Shown here one piece after another: positions 47,749-60,935 of a stretch of 64,000 bases of DNA; within the stretch, counting starts at the first letter, position 1; the number at the start of each line of letters is the position of its first letter. The stretch is from Azolla caroliniana (taxonomy: Eukaryota > Plantae > Polypodiophyta): the NCBI GenBank assembly GCA_043228905.1, contig JBHGNT010000011.1, positions 6,138,001-6,202,000 of the forward strand, given 5' to 3'. Made by a program: the position numbers and the translations under genes. The notes under the pieces were generated by a model that made no database searches, was not told where the DNA came from, and saw only the letters and a list, made by a program, of their open reading frames with translations.

Positions 47749-50700
47749 ATGGTGAAATTTGCACAGCACATTGAGTGGGCACCGCCTAACCATCCCCATT
47801 CTGCCAACAACAACGGCAATTCCAATGTTAAGAAACTGCACAAAACCCTTGGAGAGCTCTTCAATCTTCAATCCAATCCAATGGTCTCAAACCCTAATCC
47901 CACTGATGCTACCATCCATGGTGCCACCACTAAGAGGAATGCTTCTCGGGAGAACAAGAAAGGAGACTTGGTTTACAGCAAATCTGGGCCCCTCTTCTCT
48001 AATCCTCCATACCAGCACTATGTACTCAATCGGAATACTTGGTCTTCGGCCCAAGTTCGGCACCATGGATTGAGCGAAGAAGAGAAAGAGATGGAATTTA
48101 TGTGTTATTGCTGTGATGATTTAACTGCGTCGGCACCGCAATCAGGTGAAATGGGGCATATTACGAGGAAGAAATCTGTGGGTTTCGAGCAGAACATTGT
48201 GAAGAATCCGTCGAGGAAATCCAAGGAATTTGGTCATTTTTTGAAGAGCCCATCCAGGAAATCAGGTGAGTTAGGGAAGAATGCTAATAAGAACGCATCA
48301 TGGAAATCGAGCGATACTGAGCAGAATGCGAGGAGCCCGTCGAAGAGTTTTTCGGCTGGATTTTGGCATGGTGGGAGGGATTCCAAGGATTCCGCAACAA
48401 AATCCAGAGGTTTGGGGCATGTGGCGAGCGAATCTGAAAGGAACAACCATGATGAGAAGAAGACAAAGAAGAAGTGGCCAAACATCGAAGGGTTAATTAT
48501 GAGGAAGAAAGATCAGAAGAAGGGGGGCCATTTCCATAGCATGTTTGGGAAAGGTATGTTTGCTCTGCACAGGAATGCCAGCAGAAAAATAGATGATAAT
48601 GGTGAGGAGGATGAGGATGAGGATGAGGAAGATGAAGATGAAGATGGAGATGAAGATGAAGATGATGATGGAGATTATGATGATGATGGAGATGGAGATG
48701 GAGATGGAGATGGTCATAGTGATGGTCATCAGAACAAGATGGGTAATCCTAGAAAGAAAGAGAGCAAAAAAGCCATGGTGAGTGTAGAAATCCCTGAGAA
48801 AATGCTAGGGTTAGCATGGATTGGGAGCACACCATTGCTGCTGCCTGCAGGTGTCCATGAATTTGGGCCAGAAGGGTTCGTGCTCCAGGAAGTGGTGAGC
48901 GAGAACACGAGCTTCGTGAAGCACGGGAACCTGCACCGAGTGCGCATCCGGGACGGGCACCTGGGCGTCGCGTGGGTCGATGGGGCGGCATTCCTCCTCG
49001 AGCCGGGCGTCTCCGTCCACACGTGCGCCGGCCCCGCCTCCTCCTCCCACCACCACCACCACAAGTTCTCGTACATCACCACCGATGACACGATGCTCTC
49101 CGAGAAGGAGTTCGTGCTCGGCCCCTTCCGCGTCGTCAATGTCGATGACACCGAAGTCGGCATCAAGTTCTGCAATCGGCTGCCCCAGATCCTGTATTCT
49201 GGCAGGTGAGCCTCGTCGTTTCCGCAAGTTTCCCGTAGTTTCCCCGCTTGTTTCCGAGAGCTCGGAACACACACTCCCACACGCCCACACATGTAAGTCA
49301 ATTTTGTATGTACCAATGGAGACAAATGGAGACAATTGGGGGGCCTCTTTGACTCCAATGGCCTACCTCTATCTCTAGCCAGAAAAAGTTTCCGGTAGTT
49401 TCCGAGCTCGGAACACTCTCTCTCACACACACACACACACATGTAAGTCAATTATGTATGTACCAATGGAGACAATTGGGGGCCTCTTTGGCTGCAATGG
49501 CCTACCTCTATCTCTAAGCCAGAAAAAAGTGTCCCCCCCCATAGAGCTTACTAACTATCTTTGGACCAAATTATTGACTAACATTCATGTGGCCACTGCC
49601 CCAGCTGGCTTGACTTTTGTTTGGCCTAATTGCTTCCCAATGCCTTAGTCCACACACCATTGTCTTCAAGAGTTTTACTAACTTGGTTTTATTTGAAAAA
49701 CCTTCCTTCGTATTGATTGATATCTCAGCCCTTTGCCGATTATTAGGGGGTATGGGGGATTTGATAATGTATGGATGGGTAAGATGTCGAACAAATTAGG
49801 GAAATATGGTGTTGTTGTCCAAGTGGGAAATTACTGTCGAGACCCATTCCATACACACCTAGGTAGGTACGCAAAAAAACCTCGACATAGTAGATAGAAC
49901 TCTTATACCGAACTTCAAGAGGGAGGAATCTAAAGCTCTTTCCCACTTGGGGATGCTGCCCAAAGAACTAGTTTGTGCATGTGTTTCCAAAAGAACGCAG
50001 GCTCCTTTCTAAACGAAATAACTAACTAACGAAATAAATATTATGTTTTCTTCACAGGCATTGTTTGAGCATTTCACGGCTCGAGGTGTTTGCCGGGTTC
50101 GAGTCGTTATTGAAGCGACAGAGCAACGTTTGTGGCGTGAGCGCGATGTCCAAGGATGACCGGAAGGTGACCGTGGATGTATCGTTGGAGTGGCAGATCG
50201 GCCCGGATGACGCCGCAGCCGCCCGTGTTGCCAATGTCACCGATGTCGATGCCGGCATATCCGAAAAAGTTCGCCGTGCCTTTAGCCTCGTCATGTGGGA
50301 AGTAAACGCGGATGACATCCGCCCAAACGATGACACCCTTGTAATGACGAGGCTTTCTGGAGATGTTCGGCGGGAATTGATGGACTTGTTCGAAGAGGTA
50401 CCTTCCTATCTCATACTAGCATTATGCCATAGCATTTCCTAGGCTCTCTCATACCATGGTAGTTGTGTGGAAAAAATCCATCACCTTTTGAATGGAAAGT
50501 TGTCTCGACTCCAACGTGTCGCACACATACATTGGTACCAAAAAATGCCATACATACTCGCTTGTCATCTATCGTCTCCCTTTTTGCATTTTTTGGTAGG
50601 AGTATGTTTAGCTTAGGCCCGAAAATGGTAGCCGACAATATGAATGATGAAGAAAGTGTTGGTCTTCAACCAACTAATGACAATGTGTCTTTTCAAACGA

Positions 50701-50979
50701 AAGGCCCTTGATTGGACTTGACATATTGTACAAGTGTGAAAGCGACCCCTCTGTCTTCATTACATTTGCAAAGCAAAGCAGACCGATCATTTTTTAAATT
50801 GATTTTATTTTAATGCAAGTTGAGAACATGTCCGGTTGATGTTGTGTCCGACATAATGATTTGATTGAAGAGTTTGACAAGGTGATAATCTATATTCGTG
50901 TATTTGCTTGTAGGGTTGGACTATCACTCTTTGGGAATTGCAAGTGAAAAGACTCACCATTTCATCGGAAGAATCATGA
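47749..50979 (+). CDS. Three-exon host gene (47749-49205, 50058-50397, 50914-50979; 620 aa): disordered/acidic N-terminus, three beta repeats, C-terminal SPFH/band-7 domain (vacuolin-like)
   Basis: Splice sites AG|GTGAG, TTCACAG|G, GAG|GTACC and TTGTAG|G join in frame. Repeats V.I...LGLAW..PLLL.AG.H occur three times. SPFH-like SKDDRKVTVDVSLEWQI...WTITLWELQVKRLTI. CT-rich 5' UTR and TATATAAA at ~47593. Confidence 0.8.
49255..49528. repeat. ~130-bp tandem duplication in intron 1
   Basis: GAGCTCGGAACAC...ACATGTAAGTCAATT.TGTATGTACCAATGGAGACAA...CAATGGCCTACCTCTATCTCTA occurs twice. Confidence 0.8.
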
Positions 50980-51310
50980 GAACCGGATCGGAAATGAAAC
51001 TTTTTTTACTCCCAACTTTTCCCTTGTAATGAATTGAAGGGGAGTGCTTTCCATGTGAAAATGTATGTTAGCTTTTAGGTCAATTGTAATTTTAGAATTG
51101 GAAATTTAGAAAGCAAAAGTCGACACATGAAATATTACCTTCTTCTCTCGATTTTTATTCCTAAGTGAAGCTCGCCATAAGCTTCCCTTTGGATATGTAT
51201 CCTTATACTCACAATGCATACATCAATTCTTTATCTTCATTTGTAACTATAGCTTCTTATGCCAAAGATTCAATATGACGATTTCGATAAATTAAATGTT
51301 AAAAGTTAGA

Positions 51311-51430
<120 letters not shown>

Positions 51431-51934
51431 TCATAATATTGTCGTACCATAGTGGTGAGACAATATTTTCCAACTAAGTTCAAATCTTAATATATGCATT
51501 GCTTTACTAGTTGACACTATGGAGATCCAGAGGTTGATCAAGTGACTTTCTCAACTTCATTGACAACCTTCCCAATTGAGTTATATGTACTTGGTTTGTC
51601 CCGTTCATAAGACTTTCTTTGTCTTGTATCAAGATTGTACCCTAATGGTTATTTATATTTTGAAGAAATGACACATTGGTCTTCAAATTTCACCAAGTGC
51701 AATACTGTACTAGAAGGCACTTCCAAATGTAGAAATGTATGGACATTGTGAAACCCTATGGTCTCTCTCTCTCTCAATAGATTGTTGGGCCATATGTATG
51801 CCTATCGTTAGAATGTGCTTGCTTCTCCCATGCAATAGGGGAGGTCACCTTGATTTGGGTTGTTGACTTCTCAACCACTTGACCATGGATTAGTTATTTT
51901 AGAGTTTTTATTAGAGTTTCCTCTCTTTTATTGA

Positions 51935-51970
<36 letters not shown>

Positions 51971-52160
51971 AAACATATGTTTATATATATATATATATAC
52001 ATATTGGCTATTAGGATGTGTCTTCTAAGTATAGCACACCCCTCTCAAAGTGGAAGTGGATTGTCTTTAAACCTCATTATACATATATTGGATATTAGGA
52101 TGTGTCTTCTAAGTATATCACATCCCCTCTCCAACTAGAAGTGGATTGTCTTTAAAGCTC

Positions 52161-52252
<92 letters not shown>
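51935..52252. repeat. (TC)/(TA)/(GA) microsatellites with an ~85-bp duplication
   Basis: TATTAGGATGTGTCTTCTAAGTATA...AAGTGGATTGTCTTTAAA.CTCATTAT occurs twice. Confidence 0.85.
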
Positions 52253-52254
<2 letters not shown>

Positions 52255-53929
52255 TATTCTACTATGTATAGGATTTCCTTCACTATGTGTTGTCTCAGAC
52301 TAAGTACAAGAAAGAGACAAAGTTGGTTCCAAAGAGCTTTTCACATGAACATCTCACAATTTGTTGATGTGCAAAACAAGTGTTCTTGAAAGGATGAACA
52401 CTAACCAATCCATGTCCATCTGTCAAGTGAGAATATATAAAAACATAAGTGACCCTCATGGAAATGGTACTATCAACTTTACTTTTTGTGAGATATCAAA
52501 ATTTACATATAATATATTGGCATTAAACTCAAGTCTCTATATTTTCTAAAACTAGATTACTCAATCAAACATTTTATACAAATCAAGGAATGTGTACATC
52601 TAGTAAGTAAAAAGAAATGGAAACATGAATACTAATGAGATCAAGTCTTGACTTTCTAGTATACATATATGTATATATAGAAGTGCAAATGTATGCATAT
52701 GCACATGTTTGATATTCAAGGGTGTAAAGTTGCTATTATGCTTAAATGAGGCATAAAGTCTCTATTACTGTTTATACAACAGGTTTCTTTTTTCTTTTTG
52801 ATGGCTATACAACGTTAGTAGGTGGAGTGGGTTCACTACTTTCTTTTTTATCCTTGTAAGAGCACAAAAATGAAAACCTCGCCCAAAATGCCTTCACCTC
52901 ATGTGAATAAAAGCTTACAAATTCAATTACTTGTCCCCAACATTTCATCATTTGTTGTCCCAAACTTTCATAAAATTTTGAGCCTCTTTGGGACCTTTAT
53001 ATTCGCTCCACCATCACTATAATAGCTTGAAATGATGAGCTCATGACTGTATTATTCTTCAAAAACTGAAATGATCACATCATCTTCCAAAATACTTACC
53101 TCATCATTGACAAAGAAAAAGTTCACATATGTTCGTTTATCACCTTACGAAGATGTAACATTGTTATAATTTATAAACATATATGGAGGTTTGGATAGCT
53201 ATGCAAGAACACATATTGGGTAAAACAGTTAGGGCTGGTTAACTTAGCATGTCGGATCCATTGTCGTTAGTATGGATCTTCACAAGGGCGAACTCTCCTT
53301 CCTCCACTTTTTCCCGCAACTAGTGATACCTCCTCTGTATATGTTTGGTCCGAGAGTGGTAGCCAACACTCTTGGCTATATGTGTGGTCCTCTGGTTGTC
53401 AAAATGAAGGAAGAAATCCCTTTGCTTCATCCCCAACTCACTGAGGAAGTTTCTCATCCAAATAAGCTCTTTGCTAGCCTCTACCGTTGCCATATACTGA
53501 TGTGTGTCACGGACACACCAAGCGCGGACTAAGACGGAGCACAGATGATGAGGCTACAATGGAGCGATGACGGAATGACACAAGAGCATAAAGATAGAGA
53601 TGAAGATTAAGGAGAGAAGATGGGTGAAACGAGAATACTAGATTGATGTGTCCATGACTGGCGTTGTTCACCTTGAATTCCTTCAAGGTGAACTCAACTA
53701 TTTATACTAAGTGGCATGCATACTTGTTGCAAGCATGTGATACAATAGAGCATGTAGGCAGTAGGTACACATGCATGTGCCCAGTGTTAATAATACAAGG
53801 GAGAAATTATGCACATGATGCTAGCTAAAACCTACAATCAGGAAGTATATACATGATTATATATTGTTGATGAAAATCTTAGATCACCTCCAATGTATTT
53901 TGCGAACCCTAGACAAGACGAGGTATTCA

Positions 53930-55675
53930 ACACCAACGGGCATGAGCAACCATGTGTGGTCCTTGCCTAGGACTAGAACGCAAATATCAACGGGTGTGAG
54001 CGACCATGTGCGGTCCTCATGGGGAGCATGAACACCAAAGGGCATGAGTGACCATGTGTGGTCCTTGTTGGGAATTGGAACGGTCCTAGTTGAGAGTTGG
54101 AACACGAACACCAACGGGCGTGAGTGACCATGTTGTCCTCACCGAGAATTGGAACACGAACGAGTGAGCGACCATGTGTGGTCCTCACCAAGAATTGGAA
54201 CATGAACCACAATGGGCATGAGCGACCATGTGCGGTCCTCACCGGAGACTGGAACACGAACGGGAGTGAGTGACCATGCGGCCCTCACTGGGAACAGGAA
54301 CACGAACGGAAGTGAGTGATCATGCAGCCCTCACCGGGAACTCGAACACGAATGGGCGTGAGCGACCAAGCGGCCCTCATCGGGAACTCGAACACGAACA
54401 CCAACGGGAGTGAGCGACCATGTGCGGTCCTCACTTGAGACTAGAACACGAATGGGAGTGAGCGACCATGCGGCCCTCACTGGAAACTCGAACACGAACG
54501 AGCGTGAATGAACATATGGCCCTCACCGGGACCTCAAACATGAACACCAACGGGAGTGCGCGACCATGTGCAGTCCTCACGGACACTGGAACACAAACGG
54601 GAGTAAACGACCATGCGGCCCTCACACAGAACTCGAACACGAACAGGCGTGAGCGACCATGTGGCCCTCACCAGGAACTCGAACACGAATGAGCATGAAC
54701 GACCATGTGGCCCTCACCGGGAACTCGAACACGAACGGGCGTGAGCGACCATGCGGCCCTCACCGGGAACCATCTCCGTCATCACCTTCCAACTAGAAGC
54801 ATCACCCGTCTCCATCATTGCCCTTGCTTCTAGAGTTACCATCGTTACCGTACCATCATCAACATTGCTTCATTGTCTCTATTTTTTAGTTTCTCCTCAT
54901 CATTGTCTCTATTTTTTCGTTTCTTTCCCGTTCGTGTTCTAGTTCTCACTCCCGTTGGTGTTCGTGTTTCAGTTCCCAGTGAGGTCCGCACAAGGCCGCT
55001 CACTCCTGTTGGTGTTCGTGTTACAGTTCCCGGTGAGGGCCGCATGGTCGCTCACTCCAGTTCGTGTTCGAGTTCCCGGTGAGGGCCGCATGGTCTCTCA
55101 CGCACGTTCGTGTTCGAGTTCCCGGTGAGGGCCGCATGGTCGCTCACGCCCGTTCGTGTTCCTGTTCCCGGTGAGGGCCGCACATGGCCACTCACTCCCG
55201 TTCGTGTTCGTGTTCCTAGTGAGGGCTGCATGGTCGCTCACTCCCGTTCGTGTTCTAGTCTCCGGTGACAACCGCACATGGTCACTCACTCCAACTATTG
55301 TTCGTGTTCTAGATCTCGATGAGGACCGACATGGTCACTCATGCCCATTGTTGTTCATGTTCCAGTTCCCGGTCAGGACCACACATGGTCGATTAATCCC
55401 GTTCGTGTTCCTGTTCCCGGTGAGGGCCACATGGTCGCTCACTCGTTCGTGTTCCATTTCTCGATGAGGACAACATGGTTGCTCACGCCCGTTGGTGTTC
55501 GTGTTCCAACTCTCAGCGAGGAACATTCCAGTTCCCGGCAAGGACCCCACATGGTCACTCATGCCCCTTGGTGTTCATGCTCCCCGTGAGGACTGCACAT
55601 GGTTGATCACACCCGTTGATATTTGTGTTCCAGTCCTACGCGAGGACCACACATGGTCGCTCATGCCCGTTGGTG
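53930..55675. repeat. Inverted arrays of ~42-50-bp tandem units around a ~160-bp spacer (54770-54930)
   Basis: Unit GGAACTCGAACACGAACGGGCGTGAGCGACCATGCGGCCCTCACC on the left, its reverse complement on the right. Confidence 0.85.
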
Positions 55676-55897
55676 TTAAATACCTTGTCTTGTGGAAGGG
55701 TTACTCTTTGTCTAGGATTTACAAAATACTTGAGGTGATCTAAGATTTTCATCAACAATATCCCCTAAAGTCGACAAACGATTTGGGAAGGCATCGTTGG
55801 AGGGGGGATAATGTCAAGATTCGAACTCTTGACATGACCAAGTTATAATCGAGTGTTATGTGTTAACCACACATCTAACATATAATCATGTATATGC

Positions 55898-56589
55898 TGT
55901 TGGGAGACAGGTCCCTCCGGATGGGAAGGGAGAAGAACAGTGCCGATAAACAAACTCGGCCGAGGCCGAAACCGTATGAGGTGGACCCGGCTACGGAGAG
56001 GTGGATGATACAGACCCGGTGAAGACCGGATGAGGAGTACCCGGCTACGGAGAGCCGGATGATACAGACCCGGTGAAGACCGGATGAGGAGTACCCGGTT
56101 ACGGAGAACCAGATGGTACAGACCCGGTGAGAACCGGATGAAGAGACATATTCGTAAATATGTTTCTGAGAGTCCATCGAGGCTATATTTGTAAATAGCC
56201 GAAAAGTCATATTAGTATAAATATGACTTAGGGCAAACTTTTATATAGTTGTTGTCATTCTTGTTGGTGCAAGAATAGAGTGTGTGCGTAACTGTACAGA
56301 GAGAGAGAGAGAAAGAGGTCGTTGCCTCTGTTGTAACCGCCGCCTGTGGCGAAGATCTGTGAGCACGAGGTCGTTGCCTCAGTGAACTCACCACTGTACA
56401 TTCTTACATAGTGACAGTTTGCAGCCTGTGGGCTGCCGTGGTTTTTTCCCTAGTTTGGGGTTTTCCACGTAAACCTCCTGTGTACCTCGTCTCTCCTTGG
56501 TGTCGTTCTTTATTTCCCGTTTTCTGTGCATCATTCTAAGCTCGGTTGTGGCCGAGCGTTGCGCATAAGGAACTTTGTAGTTCACGTCA
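55898..56589 (+). mobile_element. Copia family-A solo LTR, TSD TATGC
   Basis: TGTTGGGAGAC...CACGTCA, with TATGC at 55893-55897 and 56590-56594. Confidence 0.92.
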
Positions 56590-59412
56590 TATGCTTCCTC
56601 ATTGTAGGTTTTAGCTAGCATCATGTGCATAATTTCTCCCTTGTATTATTAACACTTGGCACATGCATGCGTACCTACTGCCTACATGCTCTATTGTATC
56701 ACATGCATGCAATAGGTATGCATGCCACTTAGTATAAATAGTTGAGTTCACCTTGAAGGAATTCAAGGTGAACAACGCCAGTCATGGACATATCAATCTA
56801 GTATTCTCGTTTCACCCATCTTCTCTCCTTAATCTTCATCTCTATCTTTATGCTCTTGTGTCATTCCATCATCGCTCCATCGTAGCCTCATCATCCGTGC
56901 TCCGTCTGAGTCCGCGCTTGGTGTGTCCGTGACAATGTGGATGTCAATCCTTCGTCGCTGCCACCGCAAGCAAGACACATACGATTGTCATCTTTGCGAC
57001 CTGCGCGAACGTCTCATCGTAGTCGATGTCATGCTGTTGCGCGTAGCCCTTTGCCACTAATCGGGCCTTGTACCGGTTGACGGAGCCATCGGTGTTGTAT
57101 TTAACCTTGTATACCCACCAACAACCGATTGGCTTCACTCCTGTCAGTACATCCACCAAGTCCCACGTCTCATTCTCCATGAGCGCGTGCATCTCTCCTC
57201 CATGGCCTTCTGCCAGTTTGGATCCTTAGCCGCTTCTGCGTAGCTCTCCGGCTCACGCACGGTTGCCACCTTAACCATGTATTACAAGATTAAGAATAGT
57301 AAAATACTTGCAAATTTACTCATAGATAACAATGATAGATAGACTCAAGATAGATGTGATAATGTTTCTCATGAGACTCATGAAATGAGAATGTTTAGAT
57401 AGGGTCAATTATATCAGATATGGTCTTCCTCACTTAATGAGGTCATATGTGCACTCAAAGTTATGATAGCTAGTATGAGTTAATGCCAAATAACGTCGGT
57501 TCTAGTGATTAACTTGGTTTTCATGGTATTTCCTTTGTAAATCTAGTCGGCATATTTAAGACCAACGTGTAGGTCTCTTGCAAAAGATGTTAATGCTTTG
57601 ACGATGTTTTGACTCTTGACTCCCCACTCCTTCTAGTTGACATTAAGAAGACTAGATCAATCTGTATGCTCAAAAATTTTGCTTAGAGGTTCAACACATT
57701 ATTAGCTCAATGATTTACACTTATTCTTTGTATATTTTGAATAGTTGGTATGGGTAATTGGATGTAGATACATGCTTATGTTAGTTGATGTAGGTTTGTA
57801 CATCTAGCCTTTGCTAAAGTATTCTTTTGTGCCTAAAGACGTGAAAAAAGTAAATGCAAATATCATCTCTTACAAAAAGCTTCATATCAATTTGTCAACT
57901 AGATGCTAGAGGTTATGTGATGAATGATTGGTACTTGAATCCTCAAGCATGTGAAATACAAAATCCTAAGTGCAAAGAAGTTTATGTATCACAATTGATG
58001 CAATTTTCTCTTTTTTCATTGTCGACTAGAAGCTATTGAAGAATCTGGAGTGCAAAGAAGCTTGGGTATCGCAATTGATGCAATTTTCTCTTTTTCATTG
58101 ACACTTATATATGGTATGAACAGTTTTGGATCATAAACCCTTCAAGCATGTGACTTTTGAGTCTTGAGAGCTAAGTGGCTTTTGTGTGACCATCATCGTA
58201 GTTTTTTCTTGCTAAGAGCTTGATATAGATTTAACTAGATGCTAGTGGTTATGTGATGAAAGATTGATAGTTATAAATGGAATAAATGATTTTGAATTAT
58301 GAACCTTTCAAGCATGTGAACTACAAAATCCAAAGAGCGAGAAGTTTGTGTATGACCATGCCATAACATTCTACAGATAAACAAGATGAAGAAGAACGCA
58401 ATATGAGTACTCCTATGACTTGAATTGGAAAATCTTTGCCGATGACAACATGTAGGGCTTGTTATTGTTGGAGAAATCGCCAAAAAGCATAACAGAGAAC
58501 AATGAAAATAAACTTGAAATATGTTGACTTCCCCAACCAAAGTACAACATCACCCTACCAAAATGATATGTAATTGTGTAGTTTATCTCCACTCATCCGT
58601 ATGAAGAAGAACAGAAAACACCCTCCAAATTTGAAAGTTTGGATTCATTGAGCAACCACATGATCAAGCCTCCTTGTCACTCCATAGAAATGTTTCCTCC
58701 TCCAATAACATCACCCTTCTCCACCAAAAATGTAGAATAAAAAAAGCTTATTATTCTTTCCAATTATAAGTACGACTTCCCCAAGCAAAGCCGAACCAAA
58801 AACCGTTATTGTCCTTCCCATTACCCATCATCTTGTAGAATAATGAAAAGAAGTCCCTCCTCCCAAACTGTATGAAAAAGACAGAAGTCGATGTAGATCA
58901 CCTAGTTGACCTGAAATATTATATAAAACAAAAAGAAGAAGATAAATTGATTATTGAAATCGGTTCACCCAAGCAGAACTGATGATAACCCTATTCCCAT
59001 TCCTTAATTCACCTCCACTCGTAACCAAGAGAAGAGGCTCTCACTCTATGTCATTCGAGATATGAGATTGAATGAAGAAAAAATAACGACACCAAGCGTA
59101 GCGTGCAACCAAAGTGATCCAACCTGTAATTAAGAAGAAGGAAGAAAGAACTTGCAACTTAAGATTGAAATAAGAAAGGACTAGAAGGAGGAAACCGCCA
59201 CTGTGGCGGAACATAATTCCAACGATTGTCATGTGGCTGATCCAACCATGGAGGTATTGATTAGCCACCATATTTTACAAAATTTCATCCTTTTCTTATG
59301 CACCTTTTCCACCATTCCTTTAATACTATCATACTCTCCCTTTATTGTGTGTACCAAGCTGTCCTAGAACATCTTAATCATACTCACCACATCAAACTCG
59401 ATACCTTCATAT

Positions 59413-60174
59413 TGCTAGGAATATGTCCCTCCTATGCGAGGAGCCGAATGTTCGAGCCGACAGTCGAAGTCAAGGAGTAGCCGATTGGTCGGGCTAAGAG
59501 CTGATAGTCGATGACATGGAGAATCGACTTAGATAGAGTCGCAATGCAGAGTCGAGTAAGAGAGAGTCGATAGTGATGATCCAAGTTGAGGACAAGACCA
59601 ACTAGCCGGGTCAACCAGATGGTCGATGACTAGGCCGACTAGTCGGGCCGACTGGACAATCGACACGGGAATCGACTAGTCGACCAATCAACTGATTAAC
59701 TACTATTGTTATTACTATAATAATAGAAGTGACAGTAATAATGACTACATTTGTAAATAGCCCATACAGTGTATAAGTATAAATACACTTAGGGCAAACA
59801 TTATGAGTGTAGAGGGTAGAGAGTGTAGAACAAAATAGAGAGAGTAGAACATAACAAAGTGCTGTAGAGAGTGCGTGTGTGAGAAGAAGAAGAGAGGCGC
59901 ATGAGAGCGTGAGTTTGCCATAGCTGTGTGTGTAACAGGAGACGTCAAGAGCCCTGTGTGGCTGGTACACTCTGTATGAGAGTGTTGTAATATGTTTTAT
60001 CCTTCTCTTGTATATCCACTATCATTGTGAAGATTTGTTCTTGTGGTTTTCCCCGTTTTAGGTTTTCCACATAATACTTGTCTATTGTGCATTTCTCTCT
60101 CTATTTGTTGTTTTTTTGTCTACGTTGTGTATGTATGCATAGTTTTCTCATAGATCTACGATTAGATCCCATCA
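59413..60174 (+). mobile_element. Copia-type solo LTR, TSD CATAT
   Basis: TGCTAGGAAT...CCCATCA with CATAT on both flanks. Shares TTGTAAATAGCC, CTTAGGGCAAAC and GGTTTTCCAC with other Copia LTRs here. Confidence 0.8.
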
Positions 60175-60935
60175 CATATTTCTTGCTTCAACAACACTTC
60201 CACCAAACCCATAAAGCAATGCTTCCGCACATTGCTCCGCCTCGTACAAAGACACCTACACATCTAAAGACCCCTAGAAAACAACCCCCATGTAAAAACC
60301 GCTCAATATTTACGAGAAAACATCCTTAATGTTCTACCCCAATACTTTTTAAGCTACAATACAACTCCAAAACAAATGTTTCAAAGTCTCTTCCCATAAT
60401 TAGCAACAAACACAATGATGATCATCAAAAAGCATAATGAAGTAGTAACCATTTAAAAGAAATTGCTCTCTGTATACATGGTAGAGCCCATAAACATTTC
60501 CAATAAGCCTCCAAATATTGAATAGATATAGCACCTGACCCCCAATACTTTTGTGTGGCAAGACTTGCACAATGTCGTTGCATCAAGAAACGTCTCCCAT
60601 AGGCCATATAATACTAGAAAAAAGGAAGAATCCTAGTCACTTCTTCACATGCAAAGGACCTTCCAACCAACCACCATGCATAATCAGCCAGATCCCAATT
60701 AAGGTGTGCCAACAACTTACTTTGAAATGCCCATAATTGCAATGCATGATCCGCCAAAAAAGGATTTGGATCTAAGAAAAGCTTCTTGTCTAATTGAGCA
60801 ATAACCTTAATGGGCTTTTGTGAGGCTAAATGCATAACTTTAGCTTCTTCTTCCACTAAATATACCGGACTAGAATCTCCAACCTCATAAAACTTTATTA
60901 TCTTATGGTTATCATATGTCCTCGCACCTATTAAC

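Larger units (their letters stand above)
53505..56934. mobile_element. Palindromic chromovirus-derived LTR element: two head-to-head 3' halves, 5-bp TSD ATGTG
   Basis: Begins TGTCACGGACACACC and ends GGTGTGTCCGTGACA. Right arm: repeats, chromodomain remnant (KYLVLWKGY), PPT GGAGGGGGGATAA, LTR 55812-56934. Left arm is the inverted copy. ATGTG at 53500-53504 and 56935-56939. Confidence 0.85.
53240..57280 (-). pseudogene. Copia RT-N/RNase H remnant that hosts the palindromic element
   Basis: 56940-57280 gives [30 protein letters not shown]; 53240-53499 gives YMATVEASKELIW..RTKHIQRRYH..DNGSDML. The CCA CAT CAG junction is restored on removal of the insert. Confidence 0.75.

Noticed and set aside
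53930-55675. CRISPR-like regularly spaced repeats
   Set aside because: Units are contiguous degenerate tandem repeats without unique spacers, inside a eukaryotic LTR element, with no cas genes.
53505-56934. DNA transposon (Mutator/Foldback) with long TIRs
   Set aside because: The inverted ends are an LTR preceded by a PPT and chromodomain remnant; the TSD is 5 bp, not the 9-10 bp typical of MULEs.
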